Source: Candidatus Dormiibacterota bacterium (GTDB lineage Bacteria; Chloroflexota; Dormibacteria; Aeolococcales; Aeolococcaceae). From it: 64,000 nucleotides of DNA. Location: positions 640,001 to 704,000 of the forward strand of contig OY970355.1 in NCBI GenBank assembly GCA_963718525.1, in the 5' to 3' direction. Under the pieces are notes generated by a model. The model saw only the letters and a program-made list of their open reading frames with translations. It was not told the origin of the DNA and did not search any database. How positions within the stretch are numbered: position 1 is the first letter of the stretch; the number at the start of each line of letters is the position of its first letter. The translations under genes were made by a program, and so were the position numbers. Of the stretch, positions 1-9,844 are shown piece by piece.

Positions 1-1213
1 GCTGCAGTCGGTCAACCAAGTCGGAGCGCATCTCCGATACGAAGACCTTGCACTGTGACTTGCCTTGACGCTTGGCGAAGTACATTGCGAGGTCGGCGTC
101 GGCAAGCAACGTATTCGGTCTGGGCGAGCCCGACACCGCTGACGAGATGCCGACGCTGACATGGCCGGTGACGTCTTTCCCATCCAGGTTGAGGGGCTCT
201 CGTAGCTTGGCGACGACGCGTTCTGCCGCCGCCAGGGCCGGGACTGCGCCGGTGCCAGGGAGAAGTACGGCGAACTCATCACCGCCGATGCGGGCGACCG
301 TGTCCTCCGGACGGAAACAGCTCACCAATCGCTGCGCCATGGTAACGAGGAACCGGTCGCCCGCTTGGTGACCGAGGGTGTCGTTGATCCGCTTGAAGTC
401 GTCGACATCCAGGTAGAGGACACTGTTGTAATGCTTGCGCCTGCCGGTCACGGCGGCGACCTCCATGCGCTGACGGAAGAGCTCGCGGTTGGCGAGCCCT
501 GTGAGCGGGTCGTGGAGCGCCTGGAAGGTCAGCTGTTGCTCGTACTCGTGGCGTTCGCTGACGTCGCGGATATTGAGGACGATCCCGTCGACGGCTGGAT
601 GGCCGAGGCGGTTGGTCATCCTTCCCGAGACGTGGCGCCAGTCGCCGGTCGGGAGGCGCAGCCGCGCCTCCACGCCAGCAGTACTTCCGATGCCGCCGGT
701 GCTGACTTCGGTCCAGGCCTCTGTGACACGGGCGAGGTCCTCCGGGTGAACGATGTCGCCGAGGCGTGCCGCGTCCAACTCGATGCCGAACTGCTCGCGA
801 AATGCGGGCGTGGCGAAGGTCACTCGAAGGTCGCGGCTGATGACCAGAATGTCGTCGCTGGCGTTCTCCACCAGCGCCAAGAGACGCTCATTCGCCTGTT
901 GGAGCTCGACCTGGGCGGCGTATCGCTGCGCACTCTCCTCGAGCAACCGTCCATTGAGCTCCGTGAGCTCCGCGGTGCGGGCAGCCACACGCTCGTCGAG
1001 CAGGTCCTGAGCGGCTTGCAACTCCTCGGCAAGCATGTTGAGACCGACGATGATCGCGTCAAGGTCGTCGTCGGCCCCCAACACGTTGGCCCGTGCGGAG
1101 AACTCGCCAACGGCCAACCGGGTAAGCAGCGCGAGCGCCTCCGCTATGGCGTCCTCATCGACCTGGGCACCGCGATCGGTGACGCCGATGGTCAGCGGAA
1201 AGACGTCAGCCAT
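1..1213 (-). CDS. PAS + GGDEF diguanylate cyclase with N-terminal coiled-coil/HAMP-like region; 3' end runs off the window
   Basis: Not in the ORF track. Manual minus-strand translation from ATG 1213: MADVFPLTIG...VHPED...IRDVSERH...ALHDPLTGLANR...LYLDVDDFKRINDTLGHQAGD...VARIGGDEFAVLL. Confidence 0.93.
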   Translation of the reverse strand, partial: MADVFPLTIGVTDRGAQVDEDAIAEALALLTRLAVGEFSARANVLGADDDLDAIIVGLNMLAEELQAAQDLLDERVAARTAELTELNGRLLEESAQRYAAQVELQQANERLLALVENASDDILVISRDLRVTFATPAFREQFGIELDAARLGDIVHPEDLARVTEAWTEVSTGGIGSTAGVEARLRLPTGDWRHVSGRMTNRLGHPAVDGIVLNIRDVSERHEYEQQLTFQALHDPLTGLANRELFRQRMEVAAVTGRRKHYNSVLYLDVDDFKRINDTLGHQAGDRFLVTMAQRLVSCFRPEDTVARIGGDEFAVLLPGTGAVPALAAAERVVAKLREPLNLDGKDVTGHVSVGISSAVSGSPRPNTLLADADLAMYFAKRQGKSQCKVFVSEMRSDLVDRLQ

Positions 1214-1320
1214 GCCACGGCATCCGGCTCCGACCGGAACATGCGCATTGGCGCCTGCGACTTGCGCAGTCCGATGAAGAAGTTGGCCATCATGCGCGTG
1301 ACAGCGGATCCGGTGAGCTC
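1192..1320 (-). pseudogene. 5'-truncated C-terminal remnant of a small STAS/SEC14-like protein
   Basis: ELTGSAVTRMMANFFIGLRKSQAPMRMFRSEPDAVAWLTSFR* resembles the 'SRxIANFFxG...PxRxFxxExxAxAWL' tail; in-frame TGA a few codons upstream; overlaps the GGDEF start. Confidence 0.55.
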
Positions 1321-1745
1321 TAATCCGTATGGTCAATTCCCCCCAATCGCGTCACTCCCGCCACACAACCGCAACGCAGCGCACTACTATTCAGCCTGAC
1401 GCGAAACACTCGGCTGTCGTGCTGTCAGCCGGTTCGCGGTAGGGGATGGGTCTTCCGTGGTCTCGATCAGACCGGTGACGGCAGCCGGAAATCTCGGCTG
1501 CGGGTTCGTTGGGGAGGACAGCACGTCCTCTCTTGGTGCCAGCTGCGTCTGCAGCGCCTCGTGCATTGCCGACGGTGACTACTCCGTCACGAACGACGAG
1601 CCGTCCACGCTCATTGAGCGGCGGTGAGCTGCCGAACGGTGCGCCTGAGCATCACACGACACATTGCCTGATATGAACGCGCGTCGATCCCGCGGGACGA
1701 CGTAGCCACCGAAGAACTGTCGATACGAAAGCGAAAGGGGGACAC

Positions 1746-2513
1746 GTGAAACGGATCAGAATCGCCCTTGCGGTCGCGACGCTGGGGCTAGCCGCTATCG
1801 TCGGGAGCTCAACGACGGCGCGAGCCGGCAGCGGCTGCCCCGCACCCGGCGGTGGAATGTGCGACTTCAACTGGTCTGGCTACGCCGCAGTTGCGACGGC
1901 GAGGTTCACTTCTGTGACCGGAAAGTGGGCGGTGCCAAGCGTTACCTGCCAGGGTCTGCCGACCGAAGGGGTGATGACGTGGGTGGGCATGGACGGCTTC
2001 CAGGTTGGTAACAACACGGCGGAGTCCGGCGGCACGTTCGCGCAGTGCAATCAGGGTCAGCCGACCACCTACGACGCCTATTGGTTCATCGAACCCGGTG
2101 GCGTGATCACATCCCTCTATCAGGTATATCCGGGTGACCAGATGCAAGCGACAGTCGCGTACGTCAGCGGCAAGTTCAAGATCACTGTCGCCGATCTGAA
2201 CAAAGGGCACAAGCAGACCAAAACGGTCTCCGAGGTGTGCGCGCCCGGTTGTCAGCGCCAATCTGCAGAGTGGATCGCTGAGGTGCCGTTTGACAACATC
2301 ACTCAGGGCAATCTCCCGGAGTGGAACGCTCCCGGTAACAAGCTGGGGTTCTCCGCGTGTTTCGCGACTGCTGGAGGCAAGAAGCTCGCCATCGGCGGGC
2401 TAGTTAACTACCCGATCGCGGTCTGGGACTCGAGTCAAAACGTACTCGCGTTGCCGACTGTTCTTGGGTCAAAGGGTCAGGGGTTTACCGACCTGTGGGA
2501 GGACGAGAACTAA
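1746..2513 (+). CDS. Secreted G1 family glutamic endopeptidase (eqolisin-like)
   Basis: Signal peptide; NWSGY, WAVPSV, WVGMDG and SAEWIAE motifs; purine-rich RBS before GTG. Confidence 0.88.
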   Translation: MKRIRIALAVATLGLAAIVGSSTTARAGSGCPAPGGGMCDFNWSGYAAVATARFTSVTGKWAVPSVTCQGLPTEGVMTWVGMDGFQVGNNTAESGGTFAQCNQGQPTTYDAYWFIEPGGVITSLYQVYPGDQMQATVAYVSGKFKITVADLNKGHKQTKTVSEVCAPGCQRQSAEWIAEVPFDNITQGNLPEWNAPGNKLGFSACFATAGGKKLAIGGLVNYPIAVWDSSQNVLALPTVLGSKGQGFTDLWEDEN

Positions 2514-3148
2514 GCAATGAACACAAATCCACAACGCAAGGCGCTTTTGACAACGCGCGCAAGCTGGCAGGGCTCGTCGCGCTCGCAGCGCTCATTCCAG
2601 CAGCGGCGTTCGCCGCCACCGCAGTGACAACCCCACCAGGACCCTACACGGCGTGTTCGAGTTCGAAAGAGGTGCTCACGGTCGAGGTCAAGGGTAAGTG
2701 TCCCAGCGGGACCGTTCAGGTAACGATCAATGCCCAGGGCGTCCCCGGTGCAACCGGTGCCCAAGGACCCTCTGGACCGCAAGGTCCTCCCGGGCCCACA
2801 GGACCCCCGGCGAGCGCGTCGGGGGATGTGGTGGTTACTAGCACCACCATGACCGGGGGTTCGGGCGGGAACGGCGTGCCGGGCGGGACATACCAGTGGT
2901 CGATCGCGCTGTGTCCAAGCCCGGGAGAGAGCTATGCGGTTGGTGGTGGCTCGAGCCTTGCCAACGTCCCGACTGACGGCAGCGCCGAAGCCGGCTTCAC
3001 CTTAGAAGAATGACAGCCGCACGACATTGGGACATTGGGCGGAACGGACGCCACCGGATGGTATTCGGACTACCAGGCCAATGGCTACCAGTATCCGAAT
3101 GGCCCGGCCAATTGGACTGTTACGACCTGGGTTATTTGCTCGTTCTGA
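2495..3148 (+). pseudogene. Secreted collagen-like (Gly-X-Y) protein interrupted by an in-frame TGA at 3011-3013
   Basis: Signal-like segment; 8 GXY triplets (GVPGATGAQGPSGPQGPPGPTGPP); CPSPG..AVGGG domain whose frame continues past the TGA as QPHDIG...GWY...WTVTTWVICSF* to 3148. Confidence 0.7.
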
Positions 3149-3163
3149 GAGATTAGGAGAACC

Positions 3164-3592
3164 ATGAGTATTCGACCATACCTTGCTACCGCAGGCGCGG
3201 CCGCCGCTACGGCGCTGTTGATTGGCTCTGCCATCGCTGGCCTCGCCGCCTCCAATGCGACCCCACACGGGTCATTAAAGGCCAGCACAAACTTCGTCAG
3301 CATTCCGGGCGACGGACCCGGGGGGTGCGTGGAGAGTGGTCCGACCGGCGACGTCGTGACCTGTCATGTGACGTTGTCGAACCCGAAGTCCTCAAACGGG
3401 GCGGCAATAACGTGGGCGGTCGTCGGAACCCCGAGCGATACCGACACTGTGACGCCATCAAGTGGCACGCTTGGTGTCGGAAAGTCCGTCAAGGTGACCA
3501 TGGTCACGGGTTGCTATGCGTGGTCCGCTTTCGACTTCCTCGACACGTCGACAGGCCTCTCCGGTGCACCCGTCATGTTCACCTGCGGCTGA
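3164..3592 (+). CDS. Small secreted beta-sandwich (Ig/BACON-like) protein
   Basis: AGGAGA RBS, signal peptide, VTLSN...ITW...TVTPSSGTLGVGKSVKVTM pattern, 4 Cys. Confidence 0.75.
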   Translation: MSIRPYLATAGAAAATALLIGSAIAGLAASNATPHGSLKASTNFVSIPGDGPGGCVESGPTGDVVTCHVTLSNPKSSNGAAITWAVVGTPSDTDTVTPSSGTLGVGKSVKVTMVTGCYAWSAFDFLDTSTGLSGAPVMFTCG

Positions 3593-3602
3593 GCGGAACT
3601 CT

Positions 3603-3628
3603 GAGGGAGGGCGAGCGAGCCCTCCCTC
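3603..3628 (+). terminator. Hairpin after the secreted-protein operon
   Basis: GAGGGAGGGC-gagcga-GCCCTCCCTC perfect 10-bp stem, 11 nt after the stop. Confidence 0.65.
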
Positions 3629-3714
3629 GTCAATATGTCGCGTCTGCGATTCGCAACTTGATAACGAGTTAGCGCTGTGGAGGTATTACTTTCGCTGGGC
3701 TCTATGCTTCAACA

Positions 3715-4483
3715 ATGCCAGTTGGCGCTCGCCTGATTCGCCTCGCGCGGGATGGCACGTGTGAGCACTGCAGTCGCGGAGTTGTCACTGGTGAGATGGC
3801 TTGGTGGACGAGGGGCAAGCCGACTGTAACCTGCCTTGTGTGCCTCCCCGCCGCGGGCGAGCAAGCGCTCCAGATCGCTGACACGCTCGGACCGGCCGCT
3901 TCGGACGTACTGCCTGAGGCCTCACCGGCGCTGCTCGTTACTTCCGACGGAGGATCCTCAATCGACGAAGGCCTGGGAGCGTGGCTCGATTGGCGAGAGC
4001 AAGGTCGCCAAGACGCTCGCCAAGCTCAACCAGGACGACATCGTCGTCCTTCACGACCGAAGGGTTGCTGGCACCCACGGAAACATCGATCACCTCGTGA
4101 TTTGCCCGTCCGGCATTCTCGTTGTCGACAGCAAGCGATACGCGGGTCAGGTCCATACGAAGGACGTCGGTGGGCTCTTAGCTCGCCGAGACATACATCT
4201 GTTTGTAGGACGTCAATAGTGCACGCCCCTCGCGGCGGCGATGAAGTGGCAGGTGGCCGCAGTTCAGGCCGCAATTGAGGGCAATCCAACTCCGGTGCGG
4301 CCCGTCCTCTGTTTCATCGACGCAGAATGGCCATTGTTCGGGGGACCAACGGAGTTCCAAGGGGTGCTCATCGAATCCGATCGATCACTCCGCCGACGTG
4401 CTACCGAAGCAGGCGAGCTGGACGCCGAGGAGGTCTGTCAGATCGCCATGGTTCTAGCCCATCGCCTCCCAGCCTCTGCATGA
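3715..4483 (+). pseudogene. NERD (nuclease-related domain) protein with N-terminal CxxC..CxxC; frameshifted near 3940 and with in-frame TAG at 4217-4219
   Basis: AWERGSIGESKVA...VLHDRR...NIDHLVICPSGILVVDSKRY motif; split across three ORFs (3715, 3836, 4241). Confidence 0.85.
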
Positions 4484-4593
4484 GCATCCGAAGCGCGTGA
4501 GCCTCGACATTCGGTTCGCACAGGGATCTCTCTGATGCTCCCGGCGATGACCGACGGCGATCACTAAGATTCGAGCGCGCCGTCGGCATCGAC

Positions 4594-4606
4594 TAATACG
4601 AAATTG
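4594..4606 (+). repeat. Junction motif copy TAATACGAAATTG, preceded by ATCGAC
   Basis: Lies between convergent genes; 16/19 identical to the 20354-20372 copy. Confidence 0.65.
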
Positions 4607-4762
4607 CGCGCTGCTACGCGCGGCCGATAGCGCGAGCTGTGCAAGGGATTTGAGTCAGTGTCTCTAGCGTCGGATATTAAACGATTCGCTTGTTGTGATC
4701 GCCTGCGAAGGGCCAGAATTGGGTCGCTCGAGTCAATGACTGCGCCGCGCCTTCACGCTGCA

Positions 4763-6811
4763 TCATTCGGTTGTCGGCGCGACGGCGTCGATCACGAAAG
4801 CCAGCCAGAAGGCCTCGTCGAGCCACGCGTCGTAGCGTCCTGACGCACCGCCATGGCCGGCTCCCAAATCGGTCTTGAGCAGGATGGCGGCGTTGCCGTC
4901 GTCAAGCTCGCGTAAGCGAGCGACCCATTTCGCCGGTTCCCAGTAGCCGACGCGTGGATCGTTGAGCCCGGCCGTGACGAGGAGCGCGGGATGCACGGCG
5001 CGGGCGACATTATCGTACGGGGAGTAGCCGCGCATGTACTGGTACGTGGCGGCGTCCTCGGGGTTCCCCCACTCCTCGTACTCGTTCACCGTCAGTGGTA
5101 GGCTCGGGTCGAGCATGGTGGTGAGACAGTCGACGAACGGGACCTGAGCAACCACGGCGGCGCCCAGATCGGGCCGCAGGTTAACGGCGGCTCCCATCAG
5201 TAGTCCGCCAGCGCTGACGCCGCGGATCGCCAGTCGCTCGTGGTTAGTGAAAAGCTGCGCGACCAGGTGGTCGGCACAGGCGCAAAAATCAGTGAAGCTG
5301 TTGCGCTTGTTGAGAAGCTTACCGTCCTCGTACCAGTGCCTTCCCAGTTCGCCACCACCACGCACGTGGGCGATTGCATAAATGAAGCCGCGGTCAAGCA
5401 GGCTCAGCCTTTGGGAGTTGAAGGTCGGATCGACGCAGGATTCGTAGGACCCGTAGCCGTACAGCAGCGCCGGCGCATTGCCGTCCAGCTCAACGTCGCG
5501 CCGGTGGACGTACGAGATGGGCACTCTCACGCCGTCGGCGGCAAGAGCCCAGAGCCTCCCGCTCACAAAGTCGGAGGGGTTGTATCCCCCGAGAACCGGC
5601 TGCTCCTTGACGAGCGTACGCTCGCGCGAATCCATGCCGTAGTCGACCGCCGAGACCGGGGTCACCAGCGACGTGTATGCGAAGCGGAGCGTGTCTGTGT
5701 CCCACTCCGGATTGGGTCCGAATGTAGCTGTGTACACAGGCTCGGGTTGGTCGATGACGTGGGACTCCGCATCGCTCAGCCGTAGGACGCTGAGCCTCTG
5801 CAGCCCATCAGCGCGCTCAGTCAGAACGGCGTGCCGGGCGAAGAGATCCACACGCTCGAGCTTGATTCCATCACGGGGCGGGATGTACTCCCGCCAGTGG
5901 GCACGGCCAGGCGATCCGAATGGCGCTGTCATCAAGCGGAAGTTGACCGCCTCATCATTGGTCACGATGAACAGCCTGTCGCTGTGGTGATCAACCGAAT
6001 ACTCGATGCCCTGTCGGCGTGGCTCGACCACCACAAACTCGCCGGTGGGATCATCGGCACGCAGCAGATGCACCTCGCTGCTGACGCGGCTGTTCAACGA
6101 TATGGCGATGACATCCCGGCTTCGCGTGAGCGCCACAGATGCGAAGAACCGTTCGTCGGCTTCCTGGTAGAGAAGTGCATCCGCGTCGCACGCATCGCCG
6201 ACGTGGTGACGCCATACCTGCCACGGACGCATAGCGGCATCGGTGCGCGTGTAGAAAACGTAGTTGGCGTCGCTCGACCACGCGAGCGAATAGTAGACGC
6301 CATCAATAACGTCAGGAAGATCCGCGCCGGTAATGAGGTCGCGGAACCGCAAGCTATGGAGCTCGCCCCCGCTGAAGTCGACGCTGTACGCGAACAGGGC
6401 GTGGTCCGGGCTTACCACGGCGTCGGCGAGGTGGAAATACGTGTGACCGGCGGCTACAGCATTCTCGTCGAGCAGGATCTGTTCGCCGCCGCCGGCGAGC
6501 CGGCGACGACAGTGCATCGCATACTGGCGGCTTTTGAGAGTGCGCGTGTAGTAGACGTATGGGCCATGACGGATGGGCGCGCTCGTGTCGCTCTGCTGCA
6601 CGCGGGCCACGATCTCCGAGTAGACGCGTTCGCGTAACGGGCCGAGGTGCGCGAGCGCCCGTTCGGTCCATGCGTTCTCGGCCTCGAGGTGGGCGATGAC
6701 AGCTGGATCGTCCCTGTCACGCAGCCAGGCATACTCGTCGATGCGCTCGTCGCCGTGGGCGCGCTGCACGACCGGGTGGCGGGCTGGGATCGGCGGGGAG
6801 GCGCTGTGCAC
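4763..6811 (-). CDS. ptrB: Oligopeptidase B (S9A serine peptidase)
   Basis: DEYAWLRD...AENAW N-terminus; YGYGSY, HVRGGGELG, GVSAGG (Ser), NDPRV (Asp), GHGG (His); likely start GTG 6811. Confidence 0.93.
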   Translation of the reverse strand: MHSASPPIPARHPVVQRAHGDERIDEYAWLRDRDDPAVIAHLEAENAWTERALAHLGPLRERVYSEIVARVQQSDTSAPIRHGPYVYYTRTLKSRQYAMHCRRRLAGGGEQILLDENAVAAGHTYFHLADAVVSPDHALFAYSVDFSGGELHSLRFRDLITGADLPDVIDGVYYSLAWSSDANYVFYTRTDAAMRPWQVWRHHVGDACDADALLYQEADERFFASVALTRSRDVIAISLNSRVSSEVHLLRADDPTGEFVVVEPRRQGIEYSVDHHSDRLFIVTNDEAVNFRLMTAPFGSPGRAHWREYIPPRDGIKLERVDLFARHAVLTERADGLQRLSVLRLSDAESHVIDQPEPVYTATFGPNPEWDTDTLRFAYTSLVTPVSAVDYGMDSRERTLVKEQPVLGGYNPSDFVSGRLWALAADGVRVPISYVHRRDVELDGNAPALLYGYGSYESCVDPTFNSQRLSLLDRGFIYAIAHVRGGGELGRHWYEDGKLLNKRNSFTDFCACADHLVAQLFTNHERLAIRGVSAGGLLMGAAVNLRPDLGAAVVAQVPFVDCLTTMLDPSLPLTVNEYEEWGNPEDAATYQYMRGYSPYDNVARAVHPALLVTAGLNDPRVGYWEPAKWVARLRELDDGNAAILLKTDLGAGHGGASGRYDAWLDEAFWLAFVIDAVAPTTE

Positions 6812-7409
6812 GTGAGAGGAATTCGAACAATAGCGTTCTGGCTGCCCTAGCCGCTCCTTTCCAAGCGAATGCTCGCCGATAAGCGTGAAATGCCGGTGCC
6901 GCTGTGGATGGTCCACCACACGGCTTCAAAGCCGCAACCGGGGCGGGAACTGCAAAGTCAGGTCCTCGCGTCGCTGTTCCACCCTCGTCGGCGGTGGCCA
7001 ATTGGGCGGTCGACACGTCTCGGAGAACGGCAACGTCGACGCCTACAGCCTCAGTTGAAGGTGCGCTTCACATGTGCGTCGGCCGTTTGGAGTGCCGCGC
7101 CGCACCGTGCCGTCGCTTGCGCGGGAGAGGCACCTCAAGTCATCCTTCAACAGTTCGGTGAACGGCAGCGAATCGTCATCCGTTGCGCGCTCTCGTGCAG
7201 CGGTGCGCGCTCCGGACCTGAGGCGCAGCACGCACCGAGGCGCATCGCCCTCGGTCGCCAAGGATGCTCGCGCCACGGCATCCGGCGGCGCGCTCCCGTC
7301 CACGCCATGACCATTGACAAACTCCTATCGATGGGGCGCGCAATCGCTGGCGCGCTCGAGGCATGCGGGTCGTCGGTCACCTGCAGACAGACGACACGTC
7401 GCGCACGGG

Positions 7410-9380
7410 TTATCCCGCTGGCGCGAGCGCTCTCTCGGACGCCATCGGCAGACGGACGGCGAAACACGGAGATCCTGCTTCGTCGTCATACCATGCGTCA
7501 CCCCCTTGGGCAAGCGCCAACCCCCGCACAATAAACAATCCGAGTCCGATACCCCCCGGCTTCTCGGCTCCCCCCGGACGGGAGAACTTCTCGAAGAGCC
7601 GCGTGCGCATGTCGGCACTCACACCGGGACCAGCGTCGCGCACGCAGATAATCACGCCCTCTTCTGCAACCGCGGTGTCAATCCTGATCGGCGGACGACC
7701 GTGGCGAAGTGCGTTCGAGATGTAGTTGTTGAGGATTTGGACGAGGCGAACACGATCGGCCCGGACGAACAGTCGCGGACCACTGGTCTGGATGCCCGCA
7801 GCATCCGCCGGCGTGAGCGAGCCGGTGATTGAGGCGATCGTGGCCTGAACATCGACTACTTCGAGATGCATCGTCATCGAACTTCCATCCAGACGCGCAG
7901 CGGTCAGGAGGTCGTCGATCAGCCGAGCAAGACGTTCCCCATGAGCAGCAATCGCGGCCAAGGCATGGGCGTCGCGTGGCGACGTCAAACCGCCCTCGCG
8001 GTCGTCCCTGAGCGCTTCCGCGTAGCCACGGATGAGCGAGACCGGCCCACGCATTTCGTGAGCAGTCACGGAGAGGACCTCTGCGAGGCCGTCGCTTGCA
8101 CTCCTCAGCGCCACATTGGCTTCGGTGATGATTCGCGCCGCGACCTCCCGCTCCACTTGAGCCTGACGTCTGGCCGTGTGGTCACGGGTGACCTTCGCAA
8201 AGCCGACCAGCACGCCGTCTCGTTTCATTGGGGTGATGACCACATTGGCCCAGAACTGGGTCCCGTCCTTGCGAACCCTCCATCCCTCTTCTTCGTAACG
8301 TCCGGTTGCGGCAGCCTGCTCGAGTTCCTGTTCGGGATGTCGTGCCGCCTGCGCTTCCGGTGTATAGAACACCCGAAAGTGCTGACCGATGATCTCACTC
8401 GCTGCATATCCCTTGATCCGCTCAGCCCCCGGATTCCAGCTTGAGATCACGCCGTTGGGATCGAGCATGAACAGTGCGTAGTCAACCACCGCATCGACGA
8501 GGAGTCGAAACTGTTGCTCCGAGGCCATGAGCGCATCCATGGTTCGTCGCTGTTCCGAGAGGTCTTGGACTTGGAGAAAGAGGTACAGGGGCCGGCCCGC
8601 CGAGTCTCGAATCGGGGCGACGGTACTGAGCACCACTTGTGGCGCATGGTTCCGGATGATCACGTGTTCGAGCTGACTCAGACGACGATCTCGCTTTACA
8701 ACCGTGTCGAAGGCGTCGTTGAGAGCACGAGCCTCGATCGGTGCCAGGAGCTCGGCGTATCGCTTGCCTACGAAGTCTTCGCCAGGTCCACCGAGGAGCC
8801 CGGCCATCGCCCCGTTGAGGCGCACGAACCGTCCGTTGAGGGTCAGCGTTGCCATACCAATCGCGGCTTCGTCGAATGCAGCCCGGAAGCGCTCGATCTG
8901 GTCATCAAAGACCGCTGCTTCCGCTCGTTCGGCGGTGTCGTCGACATCCGCTGCGGGGACGGGCCCAGCGATTGACGATGCGCCCATTAGATCAAGGAGT
9001 GCAGCGGCGAGCACCTTGAGCGAGGTGCCCTTGTCATAGAAGCCCACGGCGCCAAGGGCACGGACCTGTTGCTCGACATCTGAGCCCTCGAAACCCGAAA
9101 AGACAACCACACGCGTCCGGGGAGAGGCCTCTCGGATGAGCGGGAGCGCTTCGATGCCGTCCATTTCCGGCATGGAGATATCCAGGAGCAGCAGGTCGGG
9201 CTGATGCGCGCGCGCCAGGTCGATTGCTTCGCGGCCGTCCCCGGCCTCAGCGACGACCTGCACGACACCGGAACCTTCAAGACGCAGCCGCACGAGATCG
9301 CGCACGTCTGTGGAGTCGTCGACAAGGACGACCCGCCACGGAGTAGGCACTCGGGTACTCCTTGAGGTCCTGATACTCAT
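7410..9380 (-). CDS. Hybrid sensor: REC-PAS-PAS-HisKA-HATPase_c
   Basis: VVLVDD/LLDISMP receiver; two PAS domains (SWNPGAERIKGY, GWRVRKDG); AHEMRGP H-box; N, DAGPG and GIGLGL boxes. Confidence 0.93.
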   Translation of the reverse strand: MSIRTSRSTRVPTPWRVVLVDDSTDVRDLVRLRLEGSGVVQVVAEAGDGREAIDLARAHQPDLLLLDISMPEMDGIEALPLIREASPRTRVVVFSGFEGSDVEQQVRALGAVGFYDKGTSLKVLAAALLDLMGASSIAGPVPAADVDDTAERAEAAVFDDQIERFRAAFDEAAIGMATLTLNGRFVRLNGAMAGLLGGPGEDFVGKRYAELLAPIEARALNDAFDTVVKRDRRLSQLEHVIIRNHAPQVVLSTVAPIRDSAGRPLYLFLQVQDLSEQRRTMDALMASEQQFRLLVDAVVDYALFMLDPNGVISSWNPGAERIKGYAASEIIGQHFRVFYTPEAQAARHPEQELEQAAATGRYEEEGWRVRKDGTQFWANVVITPMKRDGVLVGFAKVTRDHTARRQAQVEREVAARIITEANVALRSASDGLAEVLSVTAHEMRGPVSLIRGYAEALRDDREGGLTSPRDAHALAAIAAHGERLARLIDDLLTAARLDGSSMTMHLEVVDVQATIASITGSLTPADAAGIQTSGPRLFVRADRVRLVQILNNYISNALRHGRPPIRIDTAVAEEGVIICVRDAGPGVSADMRTRLFEKFSRPGGAEKPGGIGLGLFIVRGLALAQGGDAWYDDEAGSPCFAVRLPMASERALAPAG

Positions 9381-9597
9381 ATCTTATGTCAGCGTTGCTA
9401 GCCGGTGCCCACTACTCAGTCTATGTCTCCGTGAGTTCAGGCCGCATATACTAGCATCGAAGTCGTATGATGTGATAGCCTTGCTATCAGGTCAGCTTTT
9501 GAAAGCTGTTGCCCACGGATCCGGTTCGGCTAGGAGGGACCAGCGTCCTCACATCTTGATGGGTTCCTATCATCAACAACATTCGGAGGCAGGCGAC

Positions 9598-9771
9598 ATG
9601 TGCACGAGCTGCGGCTGCGGCGAGGCCAATGTGCGGCATCACGACGGCGACATCACCTACGAAGATCTCGTGAAGGCGGCGTCTGACGCGGGGATTGACC
9701 CCGAGACGGCGGCCGACAACATTCACACCTCCGCCAAACAAGCTCGCGACGGCGGCGCCTCGACCGAGTAG
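9598..9771 (+). CDS. Small Cys/His-rich hypothetical protein (MCTSCGCG...HHDG)
   Basis: GGAGG RBS before ATG 9598; 57 aa. Confidence 0.7.
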   Translation: MCTSCGCGEANVRHHDGDITYEDLVKAASDAGIDPETAADNIHTSAKQARDGGASTE

Positions 9772-9780
9772 CTACCGGAG

Positions 9781-9808
9781 GGGGTGGGGTTCGCCGCGGA
9801 CCCACCCC
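9781..9808 (+). terminator. Hairpin after the small Cys-rich gene
   Basis: GGGGTGGG...CCCACCCC inverted repeat. Confidence 0.4.
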
Positions 9809-9844
9809 CACCTCATCGCGTATTCCAGTACTGCGGGTGACGAT

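Noticed and set aside
365-1399. 344-aa plus-strand ORF
   Set aside because: Antisense shadow of the minus-strand GGDEF gene, which has clear motifs.
6812-7409. N-terminal extension of ptrB and ORFs 6869-7534 / 7043-7303
   Set aside because: No recognisable motifs or RBS; Arg/Ala-rich composition typical of non-coding frames in GC-rich DNA.
9366-9393. TTATGTCAGCG resembling an actinobacterial XerD arm
   Set aside because: Left arm unconvincing, does not match the window's own motif, and overlaps a likely start/promoter region.
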